Positions 50,988 through 61,209 of a stretch of DNA of 64,000 nucleotides are shown here, in pieces. The stretch's first letter is position 1. Each line of letters opens with the position of its first letter. Under the pieces are notes generated by a model, which was not told where the DNA came from, ran no database searches, and saw only the letters and a list, made by a program, of their open reading frames with translations. The stretch covers positions 2,656,001 through 2,720,000 of the forward strand of contig OY820905.2 of the NCBI GenBank assembly GCA_963555755.3, read 5' to 3'. Source of the stretch: Nitrospirales bacterium (GTDB taxonomy: Bacteria > Nitrospirota > Nitrospiria > Nitrospirales > UBA8639). Position numbers and translations under genes: made by a program.

Positions 50988-51959
50988 ATGTCGGTCATGG
51001 AAATTGGAAAAGAAATTGTCCCCCTATGCCAACAAGGCAAAAATCTCGAAGCCATCGAAAAGTTCTACAGCTCGGACATTGTGAGTATCGAAGCCTTCGG
51101 CATGCCAGGGATGGAGCAAACCCAAAAAGGGATCGAAGCCATCAAAGGCAAAAACAAATGGTGGATGGACAATCATGAAGTCCACTCTGGAGAAGTCCGC
51201 GGACCCCATCCCCATGGCGATCGCTTCGCACTCTGGTTTAACCTAGAAACGGCAGTTGGGCGCAAAAAAGCCGTGCAAGATATTGGTGTGCATGGTGAAA
51301 TAAAAAAAGTCGTGGTCACCTTAGGGTTCGCGCAAGAATACCTTCCCCGGTTTGGGCGTCGATCCATCCTGTCTGGCGGCGTTGCTCGTCCTTTCCATAC
51401 GAGGAGTATGCGCAGTCCTCGCGCCTTGCCAGACAGGTGTCTCAGCACCCAAACCGGGGAAGGTATTCTTGCGCGAACCCTCCGTGGTGATGAGACAATT
51501 TTTTATTTTGCCAGGTGCGCTCAGGGTCCGTCACGAAATAACCGGGACAATTGGGAGGCCCAGATTTGTGATCGGGGCAAGGCGCGACGAGGGAGCCTAG
51601 CGGGGCTCTGTGACCGAGGAGCAACGCCGCCCCGGGCCAAAGATGGGCCTCCCCGGAGGGCCGGACGCTTTTGGGCTCCGCCGGCGTCGCTCATCGCTTC
51701 CATACTCCCGGTATGCGCGCGCTTCGCTCCTTGGCTCGCTCCAAAATCGTCTCGGCCAATTGTCCCGGTTATTTCGTGACGGACCCTGAGAGCTTGCGCG
51801 GACTCTTGTGATCCAACTGCCGTTTCTAGGTTTAAATACGAGGTAACTCTCAAACACACAGGCCAACGAATGACGTTAGAAGAAATCGGACTGTACACCG
51901 TGGCCAATGACAAGGTCATACAAGAGGAGTTTTTCTGTTCCATGCCGGGGCAGTGCTAA
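50988..51959 (+). pseudogene. SnoaL-like (NTF2) gene interrupted by nested MITEs
   Basis: Removing 51241-51834 restores ...DRFALWF-KYEVTLKHTGQRMTLEEIGLYTVANDKVIQEEFF. Confidence 0.85.
51241..51831. mobile_element. Nested MITE: outer element with inner elements at 51324-51480 and 51524-51786
   Basis: Outer TIR ACCTAGAAACGGCAGTTGG with TTA duplication; inner TIRs GGGTTCGCGCAAGAATACCTTCCCC and GGGTCCGTCACGAAATAACCGGGACAATTGG. Confidence 0.9.
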
Positions 51960-52210
51960 GCATACGTCATGTACCGAAGAAGGATTTTTGTACAACCACC
52001 TTATGGGGGAGGCCAGGCCTTCCCCACGCCCCTTTCTTCACCTCTCAATCGCCGCAACACCCATCGAAACACACCAAAAGGCTGACGGCGCCGTGACGGT
52101 AAAAAGCTAGGAGTCTGTCCAAGATTAGGCGGCTCTAGGCTAACTCTAAAGATACAGGAAACGAAGGAAGGCTCTTAGGGAGAAATCAGGGAAAGGTATT
52201 CAAATATCTA

Positions 52211-52960
52211 TTACTGCCCGATATACCAGCCGATTCCATTTCGTTCGAGAAAGCTGGTGAGGCGCGTGAGGGAGTCGCCGTAGATCAACACGCCGGCGAA
52301 AATCAAAAAGGCTCCGCCTACTACTGACACTCCACGAAGATACAGACGAGCCTTTTTAAAATAGTTCAAAAAGCTATCCACGCTAAAAGCCGTGAGGAAG
52401 AGCGGGAGCCCAAGGCCAACCGAATACGATGCCAACAGCATCACGCCATCCTGCATCGATTCCGTTGTACTGGCATACGCCAAGATGGCGCCCAGGATGG
52501 GACCCACACAGGGGGTCCAGGCCGCGGCAAAGGCGGTGCCAATCAGATACGATCCTACATACCCTGCCGGACGCTTGTTAAATTCAACGAGTCGGTACTC
52601 GTTCATTAAAAATTTCATTTTCAGGAGGCCTATCATGTACAGGCCAAAAATGATGATTAAGACCGCGCCAAGCTTGCGAATGATATCTTGGTACTCGTAC
52701 ATGACTTGCCCAATAAAACTCGCTGACGCGCCAAATGCGATAAAGACCGTGGAAAACCCGGCGATAAACAGCAACGAATTCACGAGAATGGTTTTTCGGA
52801 ATCGCTGACGCTCCGCAGCATCCGTCAATTGTTCAAGAGACAGTCCAGTGATGTAGGACACGTAGGACGGGACCAGCGGCAACACGCAGGGCGAGATAAA
52901 GGACAACAGGCCCGCGCTAAACGCCGCAAACAGAGACACGTGCATGAGTGAATCGATCAT
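52211..52960 (-). CDS. ccdA: Cytochrome c biogenesis protein CcdA
   Basis: SFISPCVLPLVP; WTPCVGPIL. Confidence 0.95.
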   Translation of the reverse strand: MIDSLMHVSLFAAFSAGLLSFISPCVLPLVPSYVSYITGLSLEQLTDAAERQRFRKTILVNSLLFIAGFSTVFIAFGASASFIGQVMYEYQDIIRKLGAVLIIIFGLYMIGLLKMKFLMNEYRLVEFNKRPAGYVGSYLIGTAFAAAWTPCVGPILGAILAYASTTESMQDGVMLLASYSVGLGLPLFLTAFSVDSFLNYFKKARLYLRGVSVVGGAFLIFAGVLIYGDSLTRLTSFLERNGIGWYIGQ

Positions 52961-52963
52961 GGG

Positions 52964-53521
52964 TTAGGATTTTGCTAACAATTGGTTAATCAGTTCACGC
53001 GCTTCGGGACTATTCCAATCGCGGGCGCCAAATACCCGATGGCGAAGAGTCCCTTGGCGATCGATCAAATAACTCATCGGCAAGGTTCGTATGCCATACG
53101 TCCCGCTCACCCGATAATCCAAATCATGCAGGATTGGAAAGGTAAGGGACTTGGATTCCACAAACGGTCGCGTCACCACACTCCCCTGAGGGTCGGAGGA
53201 AATCGCCAAAATCTCAAATCCCTTTTCCTTTAGTTCCTGATACACGATTTCCATACTTGGCATTTCGACTCTGCAAGGGCCACACCATGTGGCCCAAAAA
53301 TTCACAAGGACGACTTTCCCTCGATAGTCCGAGAGCGAGAGCCACTTTCCCTCCAAATCAATAAGCTTGAACTCAGCGGATACATCTCCAAGTTTGGGGC
53401 GACTCTTTTTATACCCAACGGTCTGGCTAGTCCCCTGATCTTGAGATCCTTCAGTGAGCCTGGAATCGCACCCCAATCCAAATACAAAAACGACCAGGCT
53501 CAGACACCACACATTCTTCAT
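52964..53521 (-). CDS. TlpA/ResA-family thiol-disulfide oxidoreductase
   Basis: VNFWATWCGPCRVEMP. Confidence 0.9.
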   Translation of the reverse strand: MKNVWCLSLVVFVFGLGCDSRLTEGSQDQGTSQTVGYKKSRPKLGDVSAEFKLIDLEGKWLSLSDYRGKVVLVNFWATWCGPCRVEMPSMEIVYQELKEKGFEILAISSDPQGSVVTRPFVESKSLTFPILHDLDYRVSGTYGIRTLPMSYLIDRQGTLRHRVFGARDWNSPEARELINQLLAKS

Positions 53522-53887
53522 TCTGGTAGAATACCATTGATTCGTCTCTGAGGGTAGGTCCGCAATCTTAAACCAAGGTGAAAAGGCCGCCAGCCTGCAC
53601 TGACGTTTTAGACCTCACTCCTCCGTCATGATATTACTACCTTCTAAAAAGCGTCAATTGCCCTGTAGATAACCCAGGTTCATAATGAGAGAGGGACAAC
53701 CTGGACACGAGGCTACTTACCAATTATACTACGTAGTTAATTTCTTACGCTTTGGGCTCAAAGACATTCCCATGCTTTACCGCACTATTATAGATATTAT
53801 TACCTAGGTAATTAACTTTACGAAGAACCTTCCGAAACCAATTTCCTCATTCCAAAAAAAGATAAAAATCCAAGTGGTTCCAAGCTT

Positions 53888-54562
53888 ATGACAGCCATTT
53901 CCTGCCAAGACCTCTGTAAGTCCTATGGACATTATCAAGTCTTAGACGGCATTAGCCTGAAGATTCATGAAGGGGAATGCTTTGCCCTGTTTGGACCCAA
54001 CGGTGCGGGCAAGACCACCCTGTTAAAAATTCTGGCGACGCTGCAACGACCGAGTGAGGGACATTATGAAATTCTTGGCTTGGATGGGCTCAAAGAAAAA
54101 GAAGCCATTCGAGCTAATATCATGTTTTTAGCCCATGGTGCTCATCTCTACGACGATTTAAATGCCAAGGAAAACTTGGAGTTTGCCTTGGCCTTACGAG
54201 GACTAAGCCCGACGCAACACGAGATAAAACTAGCCCTGGACCGCGTCGCCATTGGAGCTTTTGCGGACATGAAAGTTCGGAACTATTCCGCGGGAATGAA
54301 GAAACGGTTGGCGCTGGCCAAAGCCATGTTAGTCAAACCCAAGGTTTTGCTGTTGGACGAACCCTTTGCCGCGCTCGATACAGCTGGCACTGAGATCATG
54401 CGCGAGTATATTCGTGAGCGGCTGTCGGAACATAGCGCCGTGCTCATGTCCACTCATGATCGTGAGAAAGCGCGTCCCATTTCTAGCCGAGCTGGAATGC
54501 TTCGGCAAGGAACGCTCCAAGAAATCTCCATTGAGGCTCTTCATTCAGATGACCTTTTTTAA
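53888..54562 (+). CDS. ccmA: Heme ABC exporter ATPase CcmA
   Basis: GPNGAGKTT, YSAGMKKRL, LLLDEP; operon context. Confidence 0.9.
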   Translation: MTAISCQDLCKSYGHYQVLDGISLKIHEGECFALFGPNGAGKTTLLKILATLQRPSEGHYEILGLDGLKEKEAIRANIMFLAHGAHLYDDLNAKENLEFALALRGLSPTQHEIKLALDRVAIGAFADMKVRNYSAGMKKRLALAKAMLVKPKVLLLDEPFAALDTAGTEIMREYIRERLSEHSAVLMSTHDREKARPISSRAGMLRQGTLQEISIEALHSDDLF

Positions 54563-55226
54563 CGTCATTCGCTGGATCGTGTGGAAGGATCTGGTCACCG
54601 AACTGCGAAGCCGGGAGACCATGTCGTCGATGGTGTTTTTCGCGCTCATCGTGATTTTTATTTTCAGCTTTAGCTTTTCCATGGACCAGCAAGCGGCGCG
54701 AGAAGTCATTGCGGGTATTATTTGGGTAGCGTTCGCGTTTACCGGGATTATCGGTTTGGGGAAATCATTTTCCACCGAACTGCAGAATGACTGCCTCGAA
54801 GCGCTCCAAATGGTGCCAGAGTCCAAAGGCGCTATTTATTTGGGAAAAGTCGTGGCCAATTTTTTGTTTATTTTTGTCGTGGAAATCCTTTTATTTCCGA
54901 TGTTTGTGATTTTTTTCAATTTGGACGTCGTTGAAGAGATTTCAATCCTTCTGTTAATATTTTTCTTAGCCACCGTGGGTCTTTCAGCCGTTGGGACGCT
55001 CTTCTCGGCCTTGACGGTTCAAATTCGGGCCCGTGAAGTGATGCTCCCAATTTTACTCCTTCCCATGGTGATCCCGGTCATGATCGCCGCGGTTGAAGCC
55101 ACGAAAGGCGCCCTCAATGGAGATCCCCTGACAATGTATAGTCAATGGCTAGAGCTACTAGCCATTTTTGACGTAATATTTACGGTGGTCTCGTTTTGGC
55201 TGTTTGAATTTGTGATGGACAACTAG
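54549..55226 (+). CDS. ccmB: CcmB permease
   Basis: KDL..ELRSRE; LPILLLP. Confidence 0.9.
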   Translation: MTFFNVIRWIVWKDLVTELRSRETMSSMVFFALIVIFIFSFSFSMDQQAAREVIAGIIWVAFAFTGIIGLGKSFSTELQNDCLEALQMVPESKGAIYLGKVVANFLFIFVVEILLFPMFVIFFNLDVVEEISILLLIFFLATVGLSAVGTLFSALTVQIRAREVMLPILLLPMVIPVMIAAVEATKGALNGDPLTMYSQWLELLAIFDVIFTVVSFWLFEFVMDN

Positions 55227-55260
55227 CAGACCAGATGGGAAACTGAAAACAAGTTAAACC

Positions 55261-55989
55261 ATGATCATTCATCGAGTCATACGAAAAGTTCAACGATTCC
55301 AAGGCTGGTTTGGCGGTGGCGCAGCCCTGTGCATTATTGCAGGCCTCTACATCGGGCTCATTGATTCCCCCCCGGATTACTACCAAGGGGAAGTCGTTCG
55401 GATCATGTATGTCCATGTTCCCTTGGCCCACACTTCGCTCTTTGCGTACATCGTCTTATCCGTCGGGAGCATTTGGTATTTATGGAAACGTGACCCCATT
55501 GTGGACAACATGTGCCATGCCGTGGCCGCGTTGGGTGCGATCTTTACCACCTTGGCCTTGGCGACCGGGATGATTTGGGGCAAGCCTACTTGGAATACCT
55601 GGTGGACCTGGGATGCACGCCTAACCTCCTATACCGTGATGCTGTTAATTTTAATCGGCTATTTAATGCTCCGAACCTTTATTGACGACCAAGAAAAAGA
55701 AGCACGGTATGCAGCAGTCCTCGCTATCCTTGGGCTTGTGGATCTTCCCATCATTCATTTTTCCGTGGAATGGTGGCGGACGTTGCATCAACCGCAATCT
55801 TTTTCCATGCGAGGCGTGAGCATGTCCTCTGAAATTTTGGTACCGCTGATGTGTATGAGCATCGGGATGTCCTTACTGTTTTCGTATATGCTAATGGTTC
55901 GTACGCAATTGTTATATCTCGACCGCTTGCTGCACGCGAAAAAAGGACGGCTGTTGAGTCAGTTCCACATGTCGCAATCCGATTCATGA
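55261..55989 (+). CDS. ccmC: CcmC heme transporter
   Basis: MYVHVP, WGKPTWNTWWTWDARLT, WWRTLHQ. Confidence 0.95.
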   Translation: MIIHRVIRKVQRFQGWFGGGAALCIIAGLYIGLIDSPPDYYQGEVVRIMYVHVPLAHTSLFAYIVLSVGSIWYLWKRDPIVDNMCHAVAALGAIFTTLALATGMIWGKPTWNTWWTWDARLTSYTVMLLILIGYLMLRTFIDDQEKEARYAAVLAILGLVDLPIIHFSVEWWRTLHQPQSFSMRGVSMSSEILVPLMCMSIGMSLLFSYMLMVRTQLLYLDRLLHAKKGRLLSQFHMSQSDS

Positions 55990-56471
55990 CCAGTTTGTAT
56001 CTTCGATGGGGCGGATTGCTGATTGTGGCTGTGGGGTTAAGCGTATTGACCTACAATCACTATCAACAACACCTGTCGACGGTGTCTCCTCACCAGATGA
56101 AGGAGCAAGCCCCTCGTCAAGAAATTCGGCTCTTCGGAATGGTGCGTGGCGGAACATTGGAAGGTAAGGTGAAAGCCGGAGACGCCACCTTCGAGTTGAT
56201 TGGAAACGACACATCCGTCACCGTTCATTATCAAGGGCCACCACCGGATAATTTGCGCGAACTCAAGACTCTGATCTTGATTGGGAAGTGGAATCCATCC
56301 GATAATATCTTTGAAGCACGAGATATCGGATTGGTCACGAATTACGGCTTCGTGATCGGGGCGTATTTGATTGGGCTGATTCCGTTGGCCATTTTCCTGT
56401 TTGCCATGAGTCGGCGAGTCGAACTCTTGTACGAAGAAATCAAAGAATCGAAACTGTATCAGGAAGAATAA
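55986..56471 (+). CDS. CcmE-like OB domain lacking the heme His, with a CcmD-like C-terminal TM segment
   Basis: IRLFGMV..G.L...F.L...V.V.YQG..PD.L; no AKH motif; tail NYGFVIGAYLIGLIPLAIFLFAMSRR. Confidence 0.6.
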   Translation: MTSLYLRWGGLLIVAVGLSVLTYNHYQQHLSTVSPHQMKEQAPRQEIRLFGMVRGGTLEGKVKAGDATFELIGNDTSVTVHYQGPPPDNLRELKTLILIGKWNPSDNIFEARDIGLVTNYGFVIGAYLIGLIPLAIFLFAMSRRVELLYEEIKESKLYQEE

Positions 56472-56474
56472 ATC

Positions 56475-56930
56475 ATGGGTGCAAAAAATAAAAAAGTCGG
56501 CGTGATTGTGAGCATCATGTTGGTAGGCGGAGCGTTAATCTACCTGGCCCTTGGCAACTTCGGGGAAAACTTGGTGTACTTTTTTACGCCCTCTGAAGTG
56601 AAGGCATTTTCGTCTGAGTATTATCAGAAAAAAGTGCGCGTCGGTGGCATGGTTGTAGAAGGAAGCATGGAAGCCTATGCTGATCGACTCGGGCTGACAT
56701 TTGAATTAACCGATGGTGAAGCGACGATTCCCGTCACATTTGAGGGCATCCCGCCGGACCTTTTTAAAGAGGGACAAGGCGCTGTGGTCGAAGGCTACTG
56801 GACAAACAAACATCAGTTCCAATCCAACCTCATCATGGCCAAACATTCCGAAGACTACATGCCTATTGAGCTCAAACGCGCGGGGGTCAAACTCCCCCGC
56901 AAGGACTTCATGAAAACCTTGGTTCAGTAA
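56475..56930 (+). CDS. ccmE: Heme chaperone CcmE
   Basis: VYFFTPSE, VRVGGMV, PDLFKEGQG, MAKHSEDY. Confidence 0.95.
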   Translation: MGAKNKKVGVIVSIMLVGGALIYLALGNFGENLVYFFTPSEVKAFSSEYYQKKVRVGGMVVEGSMEAYADRLGLTFELTDGEATIPVTFEGIPPDLFKEGQGAVVEGYWTNKHQFQSNLIMAKHSEDYMPIELKRAGVKLPRKDFMKTLVQ

Positions 56931-57055
56931 CTCTACAACCAACTTCCCTCTATGTATGGCTTATGTGGAAATTGTTTTGGCAAGGAAATTCTACTGCTTT
57001 TACCCTCGCCCCCCGTGAGGGGGTTTCTATTTACGTGTAGAATCTCAAAAGCCTT

Positions 57056-59005
57056 ATGATCATCGAAATCGGACATTTTTCCGTTGTCATTGCCCTCGTG
57101 CTCTCTGTGTTTGGGATTGTCTCGTCTTTTATCGCGGTCCAGACTCGCAATGTGGACTGGGTGCGCGTCGGACGGATCTCCCTCACGCTCATCTTTATCC
57201 TGCTGTCCATTGGCATGGCGTCGTTGATCTATTCGTTCCTGGTCCGTGACTTTTCCGTCCACTACGTCGCGGCCACGTCGAATTCGCAACTGCCCTTGTT
57301 TTACACCGTTGCCGCAGTCTGGGGAGGGCATGAGGGATCACTCCTGTTATGGGTCTTTATTCTGTCTGCCTTCAGCACGATTGCTGTCTGGCTACATTGG
57401 CGAACCCAACCGGCCATCATGCCATACCTCATCGGCACGGAATGCTTGTTGATTTTGGGGTTCCTCCTGTTGATCGTCTTTCTTTCAAGCCCGTTTGAGC
57501 GACTCATACCCACCCCCGCTGATGGCAAAGATTTAAACCCGTTACTCCAAGACCCTGCCATGGTCATGCACCCGCCTATGCTGTACATGGGCTACGTCGG
57601 GTTTTCGATTCCCTTTTCCTTTGCCATGGCGGCATTGTTCTCCGGTCGGCTGGGAGAAGAATGGATTAAAGTCACCCAACGCTGGACGATCTTTGCCTGG
57701 ATGTGTCTGACCACAGGAATTTTGATGGGTGGGTATTGGGCGTATTATGAATTGGGCTGGGGTGGCTACTGGGGTTGGGACCCGGTGGAGAATGCGTCAT
57801 TTATGCCATGGCTCGTGGGGACGGCCTTCCTGCATTCGGTGATGGTTCAGGAAAAACGGAAGATGTTTAAGGTCTGGAATCTCTTCCTCATCATCGTCAC
57901 CTTTTCGCTCTCGTTAATCGGCACCTTCTTGGTTCGAAGCGGTGTCCTCACTTCGGTCCATACATTTGCCACTGACCCTGAACGAGGGCTCTACATCCTG
58001 ATTTTTGTGGCCACGGTCATCGGCATTGCCTTTGGTACGTTAATCTTGCGAGCCAACAAACTGAAAAGTCAGGTCGAAATGGACTCCATGGTGTCCCGGG
58101 AATCTATCTTTCTCTTCAATAATTTATTTTTCTTGGTCGCAGCGGCCACCGTCTTTCTTGGCACCCTGTATCCACTCATGATCGAAACATGGCAAGGGGC
58201 GAAGGTCACCGTCGGGCCTCCGTATTATAACACGGTGTTCATGCCCATCGCGCTTGGCCTCTTGTTTTTGATGGGGGTCGGCCCCTACATTCCCTGGCGC
58301 AAAGCCTCCCAAGCCAGCTTAAAGAAAAATTTTGTGGTCCCCCTAGCCATTGGATTCGTTTCAACCATTCTATTATTCGCCTTAGGCATTCACAGTATCT
58401 TTGCGTTGGCTGGCACATTTGTCGTGGGATTTTCGGGCGCAAACATCCTTATCGACTTTGGAAAAATTTCCTTACTGTATTCCCGACGTGAATCCGTCAA
58501 CCTGCTGAAGGGATCTCTGTTGGCTTTTACCTCCAATCAACGACGCTACGCAGGGATGATCACACATGTGGGCGTGCTGGTGTTGGTCATTGGCATTATT
58601 GCTTCGACTGTGTACCAAACTGAAAAAGTGGTGTCGTTACGAGTTGGGGATGAGTTCGTGATCGATGATTATCGAATGAAACTCGAACGCATCCACGAGG
58701 TCCGAGGGAAAAACTGGAGTGCGCAGGAAGGCGTATTTAAAGTCTACGAAGGAGACACGCTGCTCACCACATTACGTCCTCAAAAGCGCGTGTATGATGC
58801 CTCGCAAACACCAACGACCGAGTCCGCGATTTATGCGAAAAACATGGGGCATATTTTTCTGACCATGCCGGATGTATCACCTGATGGAGTGGCTGTTGCC
58901 AGGGGCGTGATTAATCCGTTGATCCTCTGGGTCTGGGGTGGCGGCGGAATCATGGGTCTCGGGGTGTTATTGAACATCTTCAGACCGAGAAAAAGGGACG
59001 AATGA
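57056..59005 (+). CDS. ccmF: Heme lyase CcmF
   Basis: WGGHEGS, HPPMLY, WAYYELGWGGYWGWDPVENAS, SVHTF. Confidence 0.95.
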   Translation: MIIEIGHFSVVIALVLSVFGIVSSFIAVQTRNVDWVRVGRISLTLIFILLSIGMASLIYSFLVRDFSVHYVAATSNSQLPLFYTVAAVWGGHEGSLLLWVFILSAFSTIAVWLHWRTQPAIMPYLIGTECLLILGFLLLIVFLSSPFERLIPTPADGKDLNPLLQDPAMVMHPPMLYMGYVGFSIPFSFAMAALFSGRLGEEWIKVTQRWTIFAWMCLTTGILMGGYWAYYELGWGGYWGWDPVENASFMPWLVGTAFLHSVMVQEKRKMFKVWNLFLIIVTFSLSLIGTFLVRSGVLTSVHTFATDPERGLYILIFVATVIGIAFGTLILRANKLKSQVEMDSMVSRESIFLFNNLFFLVAAATVFLGTLYPLMIETWQGAKVTVGPPYYNTVFMPIALGLLFLMGVGPYIPWRKASQASLKKNFVVPLAIGFVSTILLFALGIHSIFALAGTFVVGFSGANILIDFGKISLLYSRRESVNLLKGSLLAFTSNQRRYAGMITHVGVLVLVIGIIASTVYQTEKVVSLRVGDEFVIDDYRMKLERIHEVRGKNWSAQEGVFKVYEGDTLLTTLRPQKRVYDASQTPTTESAIYAKNMGHIFLTMPDVSPDGVAVARGVINPLILWVWGGGGIMGLGVLLNIFRPRKRDE

Positions 59006-59071
59006 TTTCCTCTTTTCCTCCCTATCCCCCTCAGGGGGGGAGAGGGTTGGGGTGAGGGGGTTGTCTGAATT

Positions 59072-59626
59072 ATGACACGCACCACGCAAATCACCATTCT
59101 CGCTGTACTGTTGGGCTTGCTGACCTTGTTTTACCAAGGGCTGTGGGGCGATCCTCGGCATATCCCACCAGTCCTAGTGGGCACCCAAGCCCCCATTTTC
59201 GAAGGACCGGATGTTGAGTCAGGCAAGCCACTGTCTTCTAAACAGTTCAAAGGCAAAGTCATTCTCGTGAACTTCTGGGCCTCCTGGTGTCAGGAATGCA
59301 AAGTCGAACATCACAATCTATTGAGATTGTACGATGAGTTTAAAGATAATCCGGAATTTGTGATGCTTGGCATCAACTACCAAGACGAGGTGCCACTGGC
59401 ACGAGCCTATTTGAAACAATATGGATCGAGCTTCCCGCATGTTCGTGATATCAAAGGCGCATTGGCCATTGATTTTGGGGTGTACGGCGTGCCGGAAACC
59501 TTCGTCATCGATAAAGAGGGAGTCATTCGCCATAAATGGATCGGCCCAATCGTGGGCGATGTCTATACCAATCTCACGAAAAACATCCTGACCCCATTAT
59601 TAAACGGCTCGAACCCCGCAATTTAA
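59072..59626 (+). CDS. ccmG: CcmG/DsbE thioredoxin
   Basis: NFWASWCQEC; GVYGVPETFVID. Confidence 0.9.
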   Translation: MTRTTQITILAVLLGLLTLFYQGLWGDPRHIPPVLVGTQAPIFEGPDVESGKPLSSKQFKGKVILVNFWASWCQECKVEHHNLLRLYDEFKDNPEFVMLGINYQDEVPLARAYLKQYGSSFPHVRDIKGALAIDFGVYGVPETFVIDKEGVIRHKWIGPIVGDVYTNLTKNILTPLLNGSNPAI

Positions 59627-60091
59627 ATGCCACACCTCTTAACCCTTATGATCCTGCTGTGTTTCGTCTTCCCTTCTGGAGTCTGGGCAGAAACCGTAGA
59701 TGAGACAGAAATTGATGAAAAGGTGCGCGAGATTGCGAAAATTCTTCGGTGCACCGTGTGCCAGACCGAAAATATTTGGGAATCTGGCGCGCCATTAGCC
59801 CATCAAATGCGAGAAGCCGTTCGGGAACGTGTCATCAAAGGCCAATCGGCTGAGGACATCCTGGCCTATTTTCACAGTCGCTACGGCGACTACATCATGA
59901 TGGAACCACCCAAACATGGATTTAATTGGCTCATTTGGTTGGCCCCGTTTCTTTTGCTCCTTGGTGGCGGAGCCCTATTATTGAAGGAAATCAAAGGGTG
60001 GGTAACTCGAACTCCCGCGCCGCCGACAGAAACTCCCCCACCTCTTGATGAAGAATCTCGACGTCGTATTGAACAAGAACTGCAGCCATAA
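59627..60091 (+). CDS. ccmH: CcmH
   Basis: LRCTVCQ; RYGDYI..PP. Confidence 0.9.
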   Translation: MPHLLTLMILLCFVFPSGVWAETVDETEIDEKVREIAKILRCTVCQTENIWESGAPLAHQMREAVRERVIKGQSAEDILAYFHSRYGDYIMMEPPKHGFNWLIWLAPFLLLLGGGALLLKEIKGWVTRTPAPPTETPPPLDEESRRRIEQELQP

Positions 60092-60244
60092 AGGTGACAC
60101 AGGGAATTATTGTTTAGGCAACTACAGACCTTAGCTCCCTCGCTCCCTCAGAGGGGGAGAGGGTTGGGGTGAGGGGCTCCCCTCATTCACAACAGCGATC
60201 TATCGTTAGCCGTTCCACACGCAACACCTACCTAGAAAATCTTC

Positions 60245-61165
60245 ATGTCGATCATTTTTCTTATTGCCTGCGTCATCATCCTCATCGGGGTGCTTGTCGC
60301 TATTTCCTCACCATTTTGGCGCAAAGATCCAACCACTCCAGACCTGATTAGTCAGGAAGCCGATGAAGATCAGGAACGCGCCGATCTCTCCGTCGAACGC
60401 GAGGTCTTACGCCAATCACTCCAAGAACTCGAAGTAGAACTCGCGCAGGGCCGATTAGAGCAAGTGGATCATGACCGATTAAAAGTCACCGATGAACATC
60501 GCTTGATAGGAGTCTTGGATCGACTCGAAGCCTTAGCCACATCCAGTACGCATGCAGCAGCAGAGCAACATACGAAGAAAACGGGGAAGGCTTGGGGGTC
60601 GGCGATTGCGGCCAGCCTCGTCGTGCTAGTGTTATCGGTCGGGATCTATAGCTTCCTGCAATGGCGGACCATTAACCGGCTCGTAGATGTCCAAGCCGAA
60701 ATGGGAACCCAAGCGCCAGATCCACGAGAAATGGTCGCCAGGTTAGAAGCCCGACTCAAAGAGAATCCCGATGATGTGCAAGGCCAAATGATGGCTGGTC
60801 GATCCTACCTGGCCTTAGACCGTGTCGATGATGCGAAGAAAGCCTATGAAAAGGTATTAGAACTGGACACCAGGAATCATGAAGCGCATTACAAATTGGG
60901 CATCATCATGATCGAAGAACGAAAATTCGACGACCCCAAAATCTTTAAAGCCGCTCTCGAACATTTCGATGTGGTGTTAGTCGACCTGCCGAATCAACCA
61001 GGGGTCAATTGGTACAAAGGATTGGCCTTGTGGTATTTGAAGCGCTACCGGGAAACCGAAGAGTACTGGGCCACCGCCCATACCAATCTCAAACCCGGTA
61101 GCCAAGACGCCGAATTCGTCAAACAAGCCCTCGTCAAACTGCGCAAAGGCGAAACGCCGTTTTAA
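60245..61165 (+). CDS. ccmI: CcmI/CycH TPR protein
   Basis: Two TM segments; LEARLKENPDD followed by TPR repeats. Confidence 0.85.
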   Translation: MSIIFLIACVIILIGVLVAISSPFWRKDPTTPDLISQEADEDQERADLSVEREVLRQSLQELEVELAQGRLEQVDHDRLKVTDEHRLIGVLDRLEALATSSTHAAAEQHTKKTGKAWGSAIAASLVVLVLSVGIYSFLQWRTINRLVDVQAEMGTQAPDPREMVARLEARLKENPDDVQGQMMAGRSYLALDRVDDAKKAYEKVLELDTRNHEAHYKLGIIMIEERKFDDPKIFKAALEHFDVVLVDLPNQPGVNWYKGLALWYLKRYRETEEYWATAHTNLKPGSQDAEFVKQALVKLRKGETPF

Positions 61166-61209
61166 CAAAGGTCTCCGCTCGAATTTCCACAAATTTTTTG
61201 ATCTAATAT

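Larger units (their letters stand above)
59025..60176. repeat. Short REP-like repeats (59025-59060 and 60139-60176; inverted relative at ~40184-40214)
   Basis: GGGGGAGAGGGTTGGGGTGAGGGG repeated intergenically. Confidence 0.7.
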
